Below are positions 6,963 to 17,757 of a stretch of DNA of 56,770 nucleotides, piece after piece. Positions within the stretch are counted from its first letter, which is position 1; the number at the start of each line of letters is the position of its first letter. The DNA comes from a virus (Duplodnaviria; Caudoviricetes). The position numbers and the translations under genes are program-made. The stretch covers positions 1-56,770 of the IMG/VR virus record IMGVR_UViG_3300045526_000101; one strand, given 5' to 3'. The notes below the pieces were generated by a model. It was not told the DNA's origin, did no database searches, and saw only the letters and a program-made list of their open reading frames with translations.

Positions 6963-7218
6963 AGTCATATACAAGAATCTAAAGAAAGCCTGGGGATATG
7001 CAGACTTAGGCATGAACCATGTAGTAATGGATAAACAACTTCACGGTAAAAAACATCTCGAGATACTGATCCATGAAATGACTCACCTATGTATGCCAGA
7101 CGCTACCGAGGAAGAGGTTGAAAGAATGTCCATATTAATGACCAATACCCTTTGGCAACAAAAGTACCGTAGGGTTGATGACCGTAACATTTTACCACTA
7201 CAAGACGGATCCAAATGA
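6949..7218 (+). CDS. small HEXXH metallopeptidase-like protein
   Basis: WGYA...LIHEMTH...EEEV. Confidence 0.55.
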   Translation: MKRFKVIYKNLKKAWGYADLGMNHVVMDKQLHGKKHLEILIHEMTHLCMPDATEEEVERMSILMTNTLWQQKYRRVDDRNILPLQDGSK

Positions 7219-7448
7219 GTGAAAGATTTAATATACTTCCTATGGTTTATGTCGAAGATGGAGATCTGTACACATCAGAGCTCAGACTTCTTCTATTCCA
7301 GGTAGAAGGCTATGCGCCAACGGCTATTCCATTTAATGACGAAGACGGCATACCAGCTGAGGCTGAAGCTACTAAGGTATTCATGAAGAGTGGATGCGAG
7401 TATGATATATTAATGTCTATTACGGATTTCGATCAACTCTTCAACTAA
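7215..7448 (+). CDS. hypothetical protein
   Basis: 77-aa coupled ORF. Confidence 0.55.
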   Translation: MSERFNILPMVYVEDGDLYTSELRLLLFQVEGYAPTAIPFNDEDGIPAEAEATKVFMKSGCEYDILMSITDFDQLFN

Positions 7449-7494
7449 ATCCACCCCCTGTTTTTCAACGACTTCCCACTGGTACGAAAGAACT

Positions 7495-8106
7495 TTGCAA
7501 GGTAATCTGTACCAAATGATCCCAAACGAAGAGTTCTCTAGAATGGAGTTTAATCCCTTAATTAAGGGTAAGCTTCTGGACAAACATCCAAAGCTAAAGT
7601 CTATTCTAAAAGAAGGTGATGATCGTATGATTAGGTATATCCTTTTGATGTATGATCAGCATTCTCCACTACGTCACCACTACCCAGACTTGTTTAAGAG
7701 AAAGCAGTTTGCTGCAGATCTAGCGGGATATGATCTCGATAAAGAAGATGTCGTATCCGTATATGAGTTTAGGATAAAGGTAGAGGATGGATATGAACCA
7801 TATGAGGAGTTGATTGAGTTGACCATGAAGTATCTGAAATATCAGAACAACATGGTGTGGCAAATGATCGTGAGTAATGAGCAGGCATTCTATGAATACA
7901 ACAGAAGGGTGATGATGCCTGTAGATGGAGCTAAGGATAAAGATATACTCCAGGCGGTAGAAATTAAGACTAAGATAATGGCGGCAATGGACGATATATT
8001 CCAGAGGCTGCAGAAGTATAAAAGAGAATTGACAGGTGGAGATGAAAAGCTAGAGGATGTGGTGGTGAAAAAAAGATTAACCCCAGAAAGTTTAGCTAAG
8101 AGGTAA
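7495..8106 (+). CDS. putative terminase small subunit
   Basis: Directly upstream of and coupled to terL; helical; likely ATG at 7516. Confidence 0.45.
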   Translation: MQGNLYQMIPNEEFSRMEFNPLIKGKLLDKHPKLKSILKEGDDRMIRYILLMYDQHSPLRHHYPDLFKRKQFAADLAGYDLDKEDVVSVYEFRIKVEDGYEPYEELIELTMKYLKYQNNMVWQMIVSNEQAFYEYNRRVMMPVDGAKDKDILQAVEIKTKIMAAMDDIFQRLQKYKRELTGGDEKLEDVVVKKRLTPESLAKR

Positions 8107-10106
8107 TGTATAATAAGGTAGAAAAAGGTACGCTTGAGGTTGTAAGTGGGATTGAGTGTTGGATCCCTCCTGTTGGTTACGGTGTAGATCGTATTACTGG
8201 CGAGTTGGTACGTGTAGGTGTTTATGAGAGAAGTCCTAAAAGGGCTGAACAAAAGTGGGAGAGAATAGATCTGCCAAGAGATTATGAAAAGAAACGAGCT
8301 AAGGAGCAGGCTCGACAAAAAGATGATCCAGAGTTCTTTGACCCCGAACTGGAATCCATTCGTGAGAAACATTGGATGTATAGACGATGTGGATTTTGGT
8401 TCAAAAATAATGGAGTACCAACCTACATAACAGGAACGCACTGGTATTATTTGAACTGGTGTGTAACCAACATAGGTTACATGGAATATAGAAATACAGA
8501 CAGAAAAATATTCTACTGTTTGGCTTCCGTAGAGAATGACCCCCGAGCTGGCGGACTGGTGTATGTATCGAGACGAAGAGGTGGTAAGACGTATATCGCA
8601 GGAGCCTGGTTGTTAGATCGGGTGAGTTTAGGATTAGATAAGATTGGCGGGATACAGAGTAAGACAGATGAGGACGCTAAGGTGGTATTTAATAAAACCA
8701 TAGTAAACTATTTTGTCAACCTTCCTCACTTCTTTAAACCTATTTACGATACATCACAAGGTCTTCGTCCAAAGAAAGAGTTGAGGTTCTTTAAACCAAC
8801 CATCAAAGGTAAAAATGCAGATGACATGCTGCATGGTGATGAGCTAAGAAGTACTATAAACTTCGGATCTAGTGAACCATTTGCTTATGACGGGAATGCT
8901 CTGTATGGATACATACTGGATGAATTTGGTAAGCCACAACGTGCTAATGTTTGGGATACCTGGAACATCGTTCGATACTGTATGGATCAGGATGGTAGAT
9001 GGGTAGGAAAGGCTTTTGTTACATCAACCATTGAAGATATAGATGTAACGGGCCAGGGCCCAAAAGACATATGGATCAACTCAGATCAGGGCAAGCGTGA
9101 TGGTAACGGTAGAACAACTTCTGGATTATATAGACTATTCTTTGGCGCACATGAGTCAACATTCTTTGATGAGTTCGGAAATGAAATGGTTGAAAGAGGT
9201 CTTGAGTATTACAACAACATGCGTAAGGCATATGCACATGATACTCGCCAATTAAGTTCAATCATCAGAAAGAATCCGTTTACAATCGAAGAGGCTTTCA
9301 GAGTAGATGGCGACAAGTGTTTGTATGATGCCATGAAGTTGAATGAGAGGCTGGATCGATTAACCTGGAAGGAGAATCTAACAACAAGAGGAAACTTTGT
9401 ATGGGAGGGTGGCGTAAGAGATTCCAGAATAGTGTGGGAACCAGCAGATAATGGTAAGTGGGAGGTTGCTACCATGTTTGATAAAACGGAAGAAACAAAT
9501 AAAGTTAGCAAACGTGGAGATCTGTTCTACCCAAACAACACCAGGTTTGTGATGGGAGTTGACCCGATAGATCATAACACTACTGAAGATGGTAGAAGAT
9601 CTAACGGTGCAGCACTGGTACTACAGAAGTATAGTCCATTAGATAGCAGTCCTTATAATAACGCCTTCATCTGTAAGTACAAACACAGACCAGATTCAGT
9701 AGCAGTATTCTATGAGGATATGATAAAAATGGCGGTGTTCTATGGGTGTAGTGTTTTGTTTGAGAATAACAAAATTGGATTGCTCAGGTATTTTGAAGAT
9801 CGGGGGTATGGTAACTTTTTAATATGGCTACCAGATAGACAACAACCTGGTATTGCCGCTTCACCAAAGACACATCAATACATCGCTGAGTTGACAGAGA
9901 CGTATATAAACGATAATCACGAACGAGTATTTTTTAAAGACTTGATTCAAGAGTGGTTGGAGTTTGACTTAAATAACACAACAAAATATGACGTTGCGAT
10001 GAGTGCTGGATACACACTGATTGCAGATCAATATAAGGTAGTAAAGAAAGAAAAGGAAGTAGTGACAGATATAGGCGGATTCTTTAAGACATATAAGGTA
10101 GGATAA
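8106..10106 (+). CDS. terL: terminase large subunit
   Basis: Walker A-like SRRRGGKT, Walker B YILDEFGK, RNase H-like GVDPIDH and YD..MSAG. Confidence 0.9.
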   Translation: MYNKVEKGTLEVVSGIECWIPPVGYGVDRITGELVRVGVYERSPKRAEQKWERIDLPRDYEKKRAKEQARQKDDPEFFDPELESIREKHWMYRRCGFWFKNNGVPTYITGTHWYYLNWCVTNIGYMEYRNTDRKIFYCLASVENDPRAGGLVYVSRRRGGKTYIAGAWLLDRVSLGLDKIGGIQSKTDEDAKVVFNKTIVNYFVNLPHFFKPIYDTSQGLRPKKELRFFKPTIKGKNADDMLHGDELRSTINFGSSEPFAYDGNALYGYILDEFGKPQRANVWDTWNIVRYCMDQDGRWVGKAFVTSTIEDIDVTGQGPKDIWINSDQGKRDGNGRTTSGLYRLFFGAHESTFFDEFGNEMVERGLEYYNNMRKAYAHDTRQLSSIIRKNPFTIEEAFRVDGDKCLYDAMKLNERLDRLTWKENLTTRGNFVWEGGVRDSRIVWEPADNGKWEVATMFDKTEETNKVSKRGDLFYPNNTRFVMGVDPIDHNTTEDGRRSNGAALVLQKYSPLDSSPYNNAFICKYKHRPDSVAVFYEDMIKMAVFYGCSVLFENNKIGLLRYFEDRGYGNFLIWLPDRQQPGIAASPKTHQYIAELTETYINDNHERVFFKDLIQEWLEFDLNNTTKYDVAMSAGYTLIADQYKVVKKEKEVVTDIGGFFKTYKVG

Positions 10107-10128
10107 ATATAAAAACCAATAGTTCGAG

Positions 10129-12534
10129 ATGAACGGAAATTTTCCATCCCATTTGATCAGCCCAGCCGATAAAGGCAAGGACTGGATTATGCAATACTGT
10201 AAAGCTGCTTGGGACAGCTTTGAAACCGATAACCCGAGAAATATTTTCTACCACGCCAGGTATCGGTATGAGGTCATCAAATCATACGCCCTAGGCAACC
10301 AATCTATCAGCAAGTATCGCCCATTGTTGGGTGTAGATGAAGAGTCTAAGGAAGATTGGTTAGCGATAGACTGGAGCGTTATACCAATCGTACCAAAGTT
10401 TAGAAGGATTGCACTTGGCAAGCTAAACAAGATTGGATATAATATTACAGCTACTCCAATTGACGCTATGGCTAATGATGAAGTCGAGGATTACTTTGCT
10501 GGAGTTAAGGCTAAGTTATTAATGCGTGATCAAGCCATGAAAGTGGATCCTTCCCTTTTAGAAGATCCTATACTTCAGCTAGAAGCGGGAGAGGCTAAGG
10601 ATATGGAGGAGCTAGAGATCCAGATGAACTATACCTTTAAACACAACATGGCCATCGAGGCAGAGCAAGCGATCACATTAGTGCTTGAGCAAAACCAGGT
10701 AGAGAAATTAAGAGAGCAAATTAAGGAAGACATTTTTGATTATGGTGTTGGCGGTTATAAGGAGTATATAGACTCTAATGGAGCTATTAAAATCCGAAAC
10801 ATTAATCCTAGAAATATAATCATTAATCAGTGTAGGAATAAAGATTTCAGTGACGCACAATATGTAGGTGAAGTTATTGAAATGACAATTGCTGATTTAA
10901 AGCAAATGGCGGGTAATCAATTCACTGAAGAGGAATATGAGGATATCGCCAGGAACGTAATTGGTCGTTGGGGTAATCCTAAGGAATGGCCTACATCTCT
11001 ATCAGTTTATAATAAAGGTTATGATAAGTTCAGGCTTCGTCTACTTGACATGGAGTTCTTCTCCGTTAATGAAATGGTATTTGAACAACGCATTGATAGA
11101 CGTGGAAATAAAATATACGCTCGTGCCAGATTCGAAGACCGAAACAAAAGGAAAGATAAATTTGAGCGTGTCGCCTATAAGGTAGTATATAAGGGTAAGT
11201 GGATCTTAGGAACCAACTACATATTTGACTATGGTCTTGCTACAAATATGAAGCGAGCTAAGTCAAGTTTAATGGACACCACCATGTCTTACCATTTGTA
11301 TGCGCCAGAGTTTTGGGATATGAGGGCATATGGAATTATGGAGCAATTAATTCCAATAGCCGATGCTATACAAATTGCATGGTATCGTTTACAGAATGCT
11401 ATAAACCAGGCTAGGCCAAAGGGTATTATGATTGAGATGGGAGCCCTTGAAGATATACCATTGGGTGCTGGTGGCAAGAAGTTAACGCCAATGAAAGTAA
11501 TTGACTTGTATAACAAGACAGGTACGTTGGTATATCGTAGGGCAGATCAGCAAGGTAGAATGACTAACTATAAACCAATCGAAGAATTAGAAAATGGATT
11601 GGGTAGAGATGTCATGACGTATTATCAGATCATTCAGAATCATATTCAGATGTTAAGGGACATCACAGGTATGAACGAGATGACAGACGGTTCTACTCCA
11701 GATCCAAGAACACTTACTACGGTTGCAAAACTTGCATACGAAGGAACTAACAATTCTCTTGCCCATATTATTGGGGGGGAAAAGAAGTTGTTGGAATCGC
11801 TATCTAATGCTATTGTATTGAGAATTCAAGATGTGGCCGAGGTCGGGGGAGTAAAGGGGTACGTGAGATCACTTGGATCAAACACAATGAAGTTCTTCCA
11901 GACTAGCCCTAACCTGGCTCTATATGAGTTTGGAATTTTTATAGAAGACAAACCAACCGATGATCAAAGAGCTATGCTACTTCAACAAGTACAAGCTGGT
12001 CAAGCAGGAGGAATGCTGGATATAGAAGATGCTATTGTTATCCAGAATACTGATAACTTAAAAGTTGCTCAACAAATACTGGCGTATAAGATTAAGAAGC
12101 GTAGAGAGCAGGCGCAACAAGATTCTATGCAACAACAGCAGATGAATGGTCAAATTCAAATGCAATCTGCACAAGCTTCTGAGCAAGCTAAACAGCAGAC
12201 CCTTCAATTGGAAGCTCAGGTTAAGTCACAACTTATTCAGGTTGAAAAGGAAATGGATGCTAAGCTTCTAGAGATGAAGTATCAGTATGAGATTATGCTT
12301 GAGGAATTACGTCAAACTGGTAAGATTAAATCCAAGAAGATTGAGAATCGTGGCAAAAAGTCTGTTCAAAAGATAAAGAACGGAATGCCAGACGATGAGC
12401 CAGAAGAAGATGAAGAATTGTATTCTAAGGTAGTGCCACAACAGCAAATGACGGAAGATGGAGTTGAACAGCAATATACCGAGCTTCAAGGCGAAGGTGA
12501 AGAGGGAATGGCTAACGAAGAGCTCGAGTCCTGA
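10129..12534 (+). CDS. portal protein
   Basis: 801 aa directly after terL; DWSVIPIVPKF motif, Q-rich coiled-coil C-terminus, typical of Bacteroidota podo-type portals. Confidence 0.85.
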   Translation: MNGNFPSHLISPADKGKDWIMQYCKAAWDSFETDNPRNIFYHARYRYEVIKSYALGNQSISKYRPLLGVDEESKEDWLAIDWSVIPIVPKFRRIALGKLNKIGYNITATPIDAMANDEVEDYFAGVKAKLLMRDQAMKVDPSLLEDPILQLEAGEAKDMEELEIQMNYTFKHNMAIEAEQAITLVLEQNQVEKLREQIKEDIFDYGVGGYKEYIDSNGAIKIRNINPRNIIINQCRNKDFSDAQYVGEVIEMTIADLKQMAGNQFTEEEYEDIARNVIGRWGNPKEWPTSLSVYNKGYDKFRLRLLDMEFFSVNEMVFEQRIDRRGNKIYARARFEDRNKRKDKFERVAYKVVYKGKWILGTNYIFDYGLATNMKRAKSSLMDTTMSYHLYAPEFWDMRAYGIMEQLIPIADAIQIAWYRLQNAINQARPKGIMIEMGALEDIPLGAGGKKLTPMKVIDLYNKTGTLVYRRADQQGRMTNYKPIEELENGLGRDVMTYYQIIQNHIQMLRDITGMNEMTDGSTPDPRTLTTVAKLAYEGTNNSLAHIIGGEKKLLESLSNAIVLRIQDVAEVGGVKGYVRSLGSNTMKFFQTSPNLALYEFGIFIEDKPTDDQRAMLLQQVQAGQAGGMLDIEDAIVIQNTDNLKVAQQILAYKIKKRREQAQQDSMQQQQMNGQIQMQSAQASEQAKQQTLQLEAQVKSQLIQVEKEMDAKLLEMKYQYEIMLEELRQTGKIKSKKIENRGKKSVQKIKNGMPDDEPEEDEELYSKVVPQQQMTEDGVEQQYTELQGEGEEGMANEELES

Positions 12535-13066
12535 TTACGATGATTGTTATGTGTTTGGGATGCAGTCGGTTTCAGGCAGCATCCTAACCTTCCACATCAT
12601 GACCGACTATGGAATGTTGAGAAGTCGTGTACCTATTTCGGAGATCTATTTAAAGGAACCAACCAAAGATGTTGAAAGACATTATAAGCAGTTATGGGAT
12701 TGCTTTGGTGAGGATGTATCTGTAACCAGGTATAGTTATCTAGATGGTAAGAAATGTGAGGTCGTATTAAGAGATGGATCAAAGGTTTGGGCTACGTACA
12801 TGTTTACGGTAGACTGGTGGAACAACCCATATTCGGAAGAACCAAGTGACTACAAATGTGGTCATGTACTGGCAGCAGACGATGGGTATCTGTTGTGTCA
12901 GCCCAATAACAGAATATTTTGGCGTGATTCAAATTGGATAACTAAAAACTTTCCAATACCTCCAAAAGAATTCAAAGTGGATGATGAATTTATAAGCGTG
13001 GAAAACACTTCTGATAGATGGGTGAGTGAAGATTCTGACTGCTTCTACTACAATATCACCCCCTAA
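12458..13066 (+). CDS. conserved phage hypothetical protein
   Basis: LNSNIP..QLWDCF..YMFTVDW..KCGHV..QPNNRI; overlaps the portal 3' end by 77 nt. Confidence 0.65.
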   Translation: MELNSNIPSFKAKVKREWLTKSSSPDYDDCYVFGMQSVSGSILTFHIMTDYGMLRSRVPISEIYLKEPTKDVERHYKQLWDCFGEDVSVTRYSYLDGKKCEVVLRDGSKVWATYMFTVDWWNNPYSEEPSDYKCGHVLAADDGYLLCQPNNRIFWRDSNWITKNFPIPPKEFKVDDEFISVENTSDRWVSEDSDCFYYNITP

Positions 13067-13099
13067 ATTCCATTGTTTATCCACACATAGTAAAAAACT

Positions 13100-14083
13100 T
13101 TGCACGATCAAACAACATACTCTATGGAAGATTTTGATTTCTCAAATGCCACGGCAGATGATTTTAAGATGCCTGGCGAAATTTCTGAGCCAACAGTAGA
13201 AGCTACTAGCTCAGAAGAAAGTGCGGTTGAGGAAGTCGCTCAAGAGCCATCTCAAGAGCCTGCTCCACAACCAGAAGTCTCTAAAACAGAGACTAAAACT
13301 ACAGAACCCGTATATAATTTCAAAGATGATTTTATTAAGGGTGTTGTAGAGTTCTATGAAAAGACTGGTGATATCACACCGTATCTGCAAGCCAAGACGG
13401 TTGACTTCAGCTCGATGTCTGACGAAGAAATCATGAGACGTGAACTTCGTGAACAATACAGCGAGTTGTCTGATAAAGCTTTTGATAGGCTATTCAAACA
13501 AGAAGTTATCGACAAGTACAAGCTAGATGTTGATGAATGGGGTGAAGACGAAGCTGAATACGGCAGAGAATTGCTGAAGATTCAAGCTGCTAAGTCCCGT
13601 GATAAGTTTCTAGAATGGCAAAGAAATTTCCAGGCCCCGGAACCTGAGCAGTTTCAAGACAACACACAAGAGTTGTTACAGCAGTTCGAAGAGAGTGTAC
13701 GCAATAGCGAGATTACTCGTCAGATCCTGGATGCTAAAAAAATTAGTATTCAATCTGGAGACGATTCGTTTCAATTCGAAGTGCCAAATGCAGATGCGCT
13801 GGTTGATATGACTATTGATAATGACAAGTTCTTTAGCCAGTTCGCAACTGAACCAGGTAAGCTGGACTATAACAAGTGGTATAAGACCGTTGCTTATAGT
13901 CAGAATCCAGAGTTGTTCGAGAAAGCCTTGATCAACTATGGTAAAACCTTGGGAAGAAGTGAGGTGACAAAGGAGCTTAAAAACCCAAGTACAGCTCCAG
14001 TGGGTGATGTGCCTACAGAAGGTTCGGGGGATTTTAAAACCGGGCTTTTGCAGGCGTTCGCAAACAGGGGCATTTCAAAGTAA
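13100..14083 (+). CDS. capsid scaffolding protein (putative)
   Basis: Acidic, low-complexity N-terminus; lies between portal and MCP. Confidence 0.65.
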   Translation: MHDQTTYSMEDFDFSNATADDFKMPGEISEPTVEATSSEESAVEEVAQEPSQEPAPQPEVSKTETKTTEPVYNFKDDFIKGVVEFYEKTGDITPYLQAKTVDFSSMSDEEIMRRELREQYSELSDKAFDRLFKQEVIDKYKLDVDEWGEDEAEYGRELLKIQAAKSRDKFLEWQRNFQAPEPEQFQDNTQELLQQFEESVRNSEITRQILDAKKISIQSGDDSFQFEVPNADALVDMTIDNDKFFSQFATEPGKLDYNKWYKTVAYSQNPELFEKALINYGKTLGRSEVTKELKNPSTAPVGDVPTEGSGDFKTGLLQAFANRGISK

Positions 14084-14102
14084 TAATTAAAACTAACTAA
14101 CT

Positions 14103-15428
14103 ATGCCTGGAACAATTGGACAAATTCAAAAGAATTATGTCTCTTCCGTAAACTTCCTCGATCAGAGGGAGATCCTCAATAAGATTCTTGACGTAACAAA
14201 CGAAGAGTCTTCTTTCTTAGATGTAATGGAATTAACTGGTCGCTCTGAAGTGACTTCAGTTCCTGAGTACCATCATTTCGTAAACGAAGAGTTATATGTA
14301 CTTGGTACTGTAACTTCTGGTGGAGCAACACCTGGCGATACCCTTACTTTGGTTATCGATGCTGATGCTTTCGCTTTCGTAAACGTAGGTGAATTGGTTC
14401 TTTTCCCAAGTGGTAAGGTTGGTATCGTAACTGCAAAGAATAGCGGTACTAGCGCAATCACTGTAAAGAATGTTGATGACGCTGATGGTAACTTGAATGT
14501 TGCTGACGGTGGTAAAATTGCATTCTTCTCTAACGCTGCTGGTGAGGGTTCTGCCTCTCCTGATGCAAAGCGTTGGAAGCCTACAAAGTATGCTAACCAA
14601 GTTCAGATCTTCAAAGGTAAATTCTCTATCACTGATATTCAGAAGGCATCTAAGATCGAAACTGAATTCAATGGTAAGCCATTCTACATGTACAAAGGTC
14701 AGCACGAATCTCTTTTGAAATTCCGTGGTGATATTTCTTTAGCTGCATGGTTCAGCCGTAAGAGTGCCACTAAGTTTTCTGATGCTAACCCTGCATTGGT
14801 TGATGCAGAAGGTAAGCCAATCCAGACTACAATGGGTGTTGATCAGTACGTAACTTCAATGGGTAAAGATCTTACAACTGATGTAACTGGTGTTCTTGAT
14901 CTTGATGATTGGGCTAAGTTAACTCAGACTTTGAACAAAGATCGTGCTCCACTGCAGTACTTCCTGTTCACTGGTACTTCTTCAAATATCCTGTTGGATA
15001 ACTTATTCAACAACTTAGGTAACTCTGCTCTGTTGTCACAGGGTGCTCGTTTCCAAATTGCTGGTAAGGAATTAGACCTGGGTATCGATACTATCAAGAT
15101 CTACGGACGTACTTTCTACAAGAAGTACTTGCCTTTGTTGGATCATAAGAATATCTTGAACTTCACTGGTGGATATAATGCTAAAGATAGCATCTATGGT
15201 ATCCCTGCTGACAAGATCAAGACTCAAGATGGTCAGATGGTTGATCGCCTTCGCATGCGTTACATGGCTGGTGACGGAACTGATCTGAAATATCGTGAGA
15301 TTCTGACTGGTGGTCTTGCCCCAGTTCCAACTGATGATCGTTCAGTATTGAATATCAGTTATGAATCAGTACAAGGTGTTGAGATCCTTGGAGCTCAGCA
15401 GACCTTCAAACTGAAGACTGTATTCTAA
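14103..15428 (+). CDS. major capsid protein
   Basis: 441 aa, strongly biased codon usage, follows the scaffold, followed by a terminator. Confidence 0.85.
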   Translation: MPGTIGQIQKNYVSSVNFLDQREILNKILDVTNEESSFLDVMELTGRSEVTSVPEYHHFVNEELYVLGTVTSGGATPGDTLTLVIDADAFAFVNVGELVLFPSGKVGIVTAKNSGTSAITVKNVDDADGNLNVADGGKIAFFSNAAGEGSASPDAKRWKPTKYANQVQIFKGKFSITDIQKASKIETEFNGKPFYMYKGQHESLLKFRGDISLAAWFSRKSATKFSDANPALVDAEGKPIQTTMGVDQYVTSMGKDLTTDVTGVLDLDDWAKLTQTLNKDRAPLQYFLFTGTSSNILLDNLFNNLGNSALLSQGARFQIAGKELDLGIDTIKIYGRTFYKKYLPLLDHKNILNFTGGYNAKDSIYGIPADKIKTQDGQMVDRLRMRYMAGDGTDLKYREILTGGLAPVPTDDRSVLNISYESVQGVEILGAQQTFKLKTVF

Positions 15429-15434
15429 TCTATA

Positions 15435-15468
15435 AGAGGGGGGAGAAATCCTCCCTCTATTTTATTTT
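15435..15468 (+). terminator. intrinsic terminator
   Basis: AGAGGGGGGA-GAAA-TCCTCCCTCT followed by ATTTTATTTT. Confidence 0.8.
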
Positions 15469-15483
15469 ACCAAACTTCCTAAT

Positions 15484-16317
15484 ATGAGAAAAACAGAATT
15501 GTTCAACAATGTAAGTCCTGAGCTTATAAAGTCAACTAAACTTAAGCCAGGCGAAAAGGTTGTGTATAGGATTTTAAACATTCAGCGCAACCCAATGGAT
15601 CCAACTAAATGGGCCATTCCTTCTATCAAGGCTGTTCCGCCAGTGGATCAGATCTATGACGAAAAAGCGCAGGAGTATGTTGATATTGCTGCAGTACGCA
15701 CAGTAGATCCTAAGGGCGAGCATTCTTTTCATGAGATTCATTTCTACGGTAATCAAGGTGGGATGTTAGTGTTGAATGGTGGCAGGGCTGCTGACCAGGA
15801 GATACACTCTTATTTGAGCCTTTGTAATTACAATGCATCTAATCCCAATCGTGATACTACTAAGGAAGCGATATTTGAATTTGTGGATGAAAGTGCAAGA
15901 AGTGAGAAGGAGCGTAAGAATAGAAATATTAAGCGTGAGGCACTTAACGCTGCATATGACCTGAGTGGTGATGAGGTTAAAAACTATATTGCCGCATTAG
16001 GACAAGATGATACAAGGCCAATGGATGTATTGAGAAATCAATTAGAATCTATGGCGGATAATGATCCAAAAGCTTTTCTGGATCTGATCAACAACAAACA
16101 AGCCTCAATGAAGGCCGTTATTAACAGAGCTGTATCAAAGGGTGTTATTCTTTTTGATAGTGAGAGTTCTAGATATACATGGCCAAACGGAGAAGCTATC
16201 TTAACTGTTGCTCGTACTACTGCTGGTGACGCTGCCGATGAACTGGTAAGCTTCTGTGTAAGCAGTGCAAAAGGCGAGAAGGTTTTCCAAACAATACAGT
16301 CAAAATCTAAGAAGTAA
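15484..16317 (+). CDS. conserved protein downstream of MCP (putative structural)
   Basis: 277 aa; position conserved in related Bacteroidota phages as I recall. Confidence 0.55.
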   Translation: MRKTELFNNVSPELIKSTKLKPGEKVVYRILNIQRNPMDPTKWAIPSIKAVPPVDQIYDEKAQEYVDIAAVRTVDPKGEHSFHEIHFYGNQGGMLVLNGGRAADQEIHSYLSLCNYNASNPNRDTTKEAIFEFVDESARSEKERKNRNIKREALNAAYDLSGDEVKNYIAALGQDDTRPMDVLRNQLESMADNDPKAFLDLINNKQASMKAVINRAVSKGVILFDSESSRYTWPNGEAILTVARTTAGDAADELVSFCVSSAKGEKVFQTIQSKSKK

Positions 16318-16353
16318 AGATAGTCTCTCGTAGGAGGGTTGTTTGGTGAACAC

Positions 16354-16381
16354 GGCCTGGGTCTATACCTGGGCCTTTTTT
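16354..16381 (+). terminator. intrinsic terminator
   Basis: GGCCTGGGT-CTAT-ACCTGGGCC followed by T6. Confidence 0.8.
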
Positions 16382-16434
16382 CATAGGTGCTTTTCCATAG
16401 GAATGTTATAGTTGTTAAGGAAATTTGCAGAATC

Positions 16435-17757
16435 ATGTCTACTATCAACAATACCTTTAATGTCAGATTTAATCTGTCTGGTACATTAAATCTTGTATTA
16501 ACAGATACTACTGTTTCTGCACCTAATGGTATGGTAGGCTTCTTCACGATCACCCAGCCTGATGGATCAACCAGGACGGGTAATGTGAATAGTCCAGATA
16601 TTACAGCTGCGGGAGGTAGTTATACATTTGCGCTGAATAGGGATAGTGCGGGAAATGTTCAATGTGGAACGTACACAATTAAATATACAGTAACAGCACC
16701 TGGTTATTTTTCTTCTGACTTTACTAGAAGTTTTGTATTTCAGTATAGTCCAGTTAGCCTAATCGTTACACAGCTATTTGATGTGTTTACACCTAACTTG
16801 AGTGTAAGGGATAATACCACTTACGCTGTTTCCAATTTCACTGCCGGATCTCCTACAAGATCCTGGTCTGTATCCAGCACTCCAACTGGAACATTGACAG
16901 GCTCGGGGGTAACTCAGAGTTTTGTATTTGGCGGACAATATTATTCTGCCCAGTATGCAATATCCCTTACCTCAAGTATTTTATATACCCATAGTCAGTA
17001 TGCATGGTTAACCGTTAATCAGACTCTTACAAACTCTTCTAGTGCGTGTATTCAACCGCCACCAGATTTCCAACACCTGGTAGAAGATGTGTCTGCTTTA
17101 AAGCTTGAACTTGATGAGGCAGTTAATACTTGCCAAACCTATGACAAGCTAAAGGCGGATTTTGAGTATGCCATTACGTTACTCACGCACATAATAAACA
17201 AGCTTAAGACGGCAGAGACGGATAATATCTATACAGATTTAAACGATCTTCTTTTAGTCCTTTCAAATAATCAGATACCTACTTGTACTCCAACAAACCA
17301 ACCTATCCCTGCCTATAATATTGGTGGACTAGACGGTACGGCATGGGGAACAATTACGGGTAATATTCAGTTACAAACTGACCTATGGTCATATCTATCA
17401 GATCTTATATCTAAGACTGGCCAGGCGACTGAGAGTGTGAAGGGGATAGCGGAACTAGCTACCCAAGTTGAAACGAATGCTGGGACTGATGATCTAAGAA
17501 TAGTTACACCGCTTAAACTTAAAACATTATTAGACAATAGAGTTGGTGGTTATGCGGTTACGATAGGCGATGGAGTTAATACTTCATATGCCTTGAGTCA
17601 TGGTTTAAATACAAGAGATGTTGTGGTTGCTATATATAAGGTGTCCACAAACGAGCAGGTGATTACAGACGTTACCGCCACATCAACAAGTGTGGTTACG
17701 GTATCGTTCTTTACTGCGCCTGCATCAAATTCATATAGAGTTGTAATCAAGAAATAA
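16435..17757 (+). CDS. virion structural / fibre-associated protein
   Basis: S/T-rich beta domains; KGIAELATQ.E.NAGTDD.RIVTPLKL fibre motif; H.LNTRDV.V C-terminal domain; ATG at 16435. Confidence 0.65.
   Translation: MSTINNTFNVRFNLSGTLNLVLTDTTVSAPNGMVGFFTITQPDGSTRTGNVNSPDITAAGGSYTFALNRDSAGNVQCGTYTIKYTVTAPGYFSSDFTRSFVFQYSPVSLIVTQLFDVFTPNLSVRDNTTYAVSNFTAGSPTRSWSVSSTPTGTLTGSGVTQSFVFGGQYYSAQYAISLTSSILYTHSQYAWLTVNQTLTNSSSACIQPPPDFQHLVEDVSALKLELDEAVNTCQTYDKLKADFEYAITLLTHIINKLKTAETDNIYTDLNDLLLVLSNNQIPTCTPTNQPIPAYNIGGLDGTAWGTITGNIQLQTDLWSYLSDLISKTGQATESVKGIAELATQVETNAGTDDLRIVTPLKLKTLLDNRVGGYAVTIGDGVNTSYALSHGLNTRDVVVAIYKVSTNEQVITDVTATSTSVVTVSFFTAPASNSYRVVIKK

Noticed and set aside
7890-8441. Long antisense ORFs (also 16038-16553, 19551-20009, 39074-39643)
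   Set aside because: Shadow frames opposite well-supported genes, with no motifs
13077-13085. Perfect DnaA box TTATCCACA as a replication origin
   Set aside because: Single isolated box in a short gap; better explained as part of a promoter element
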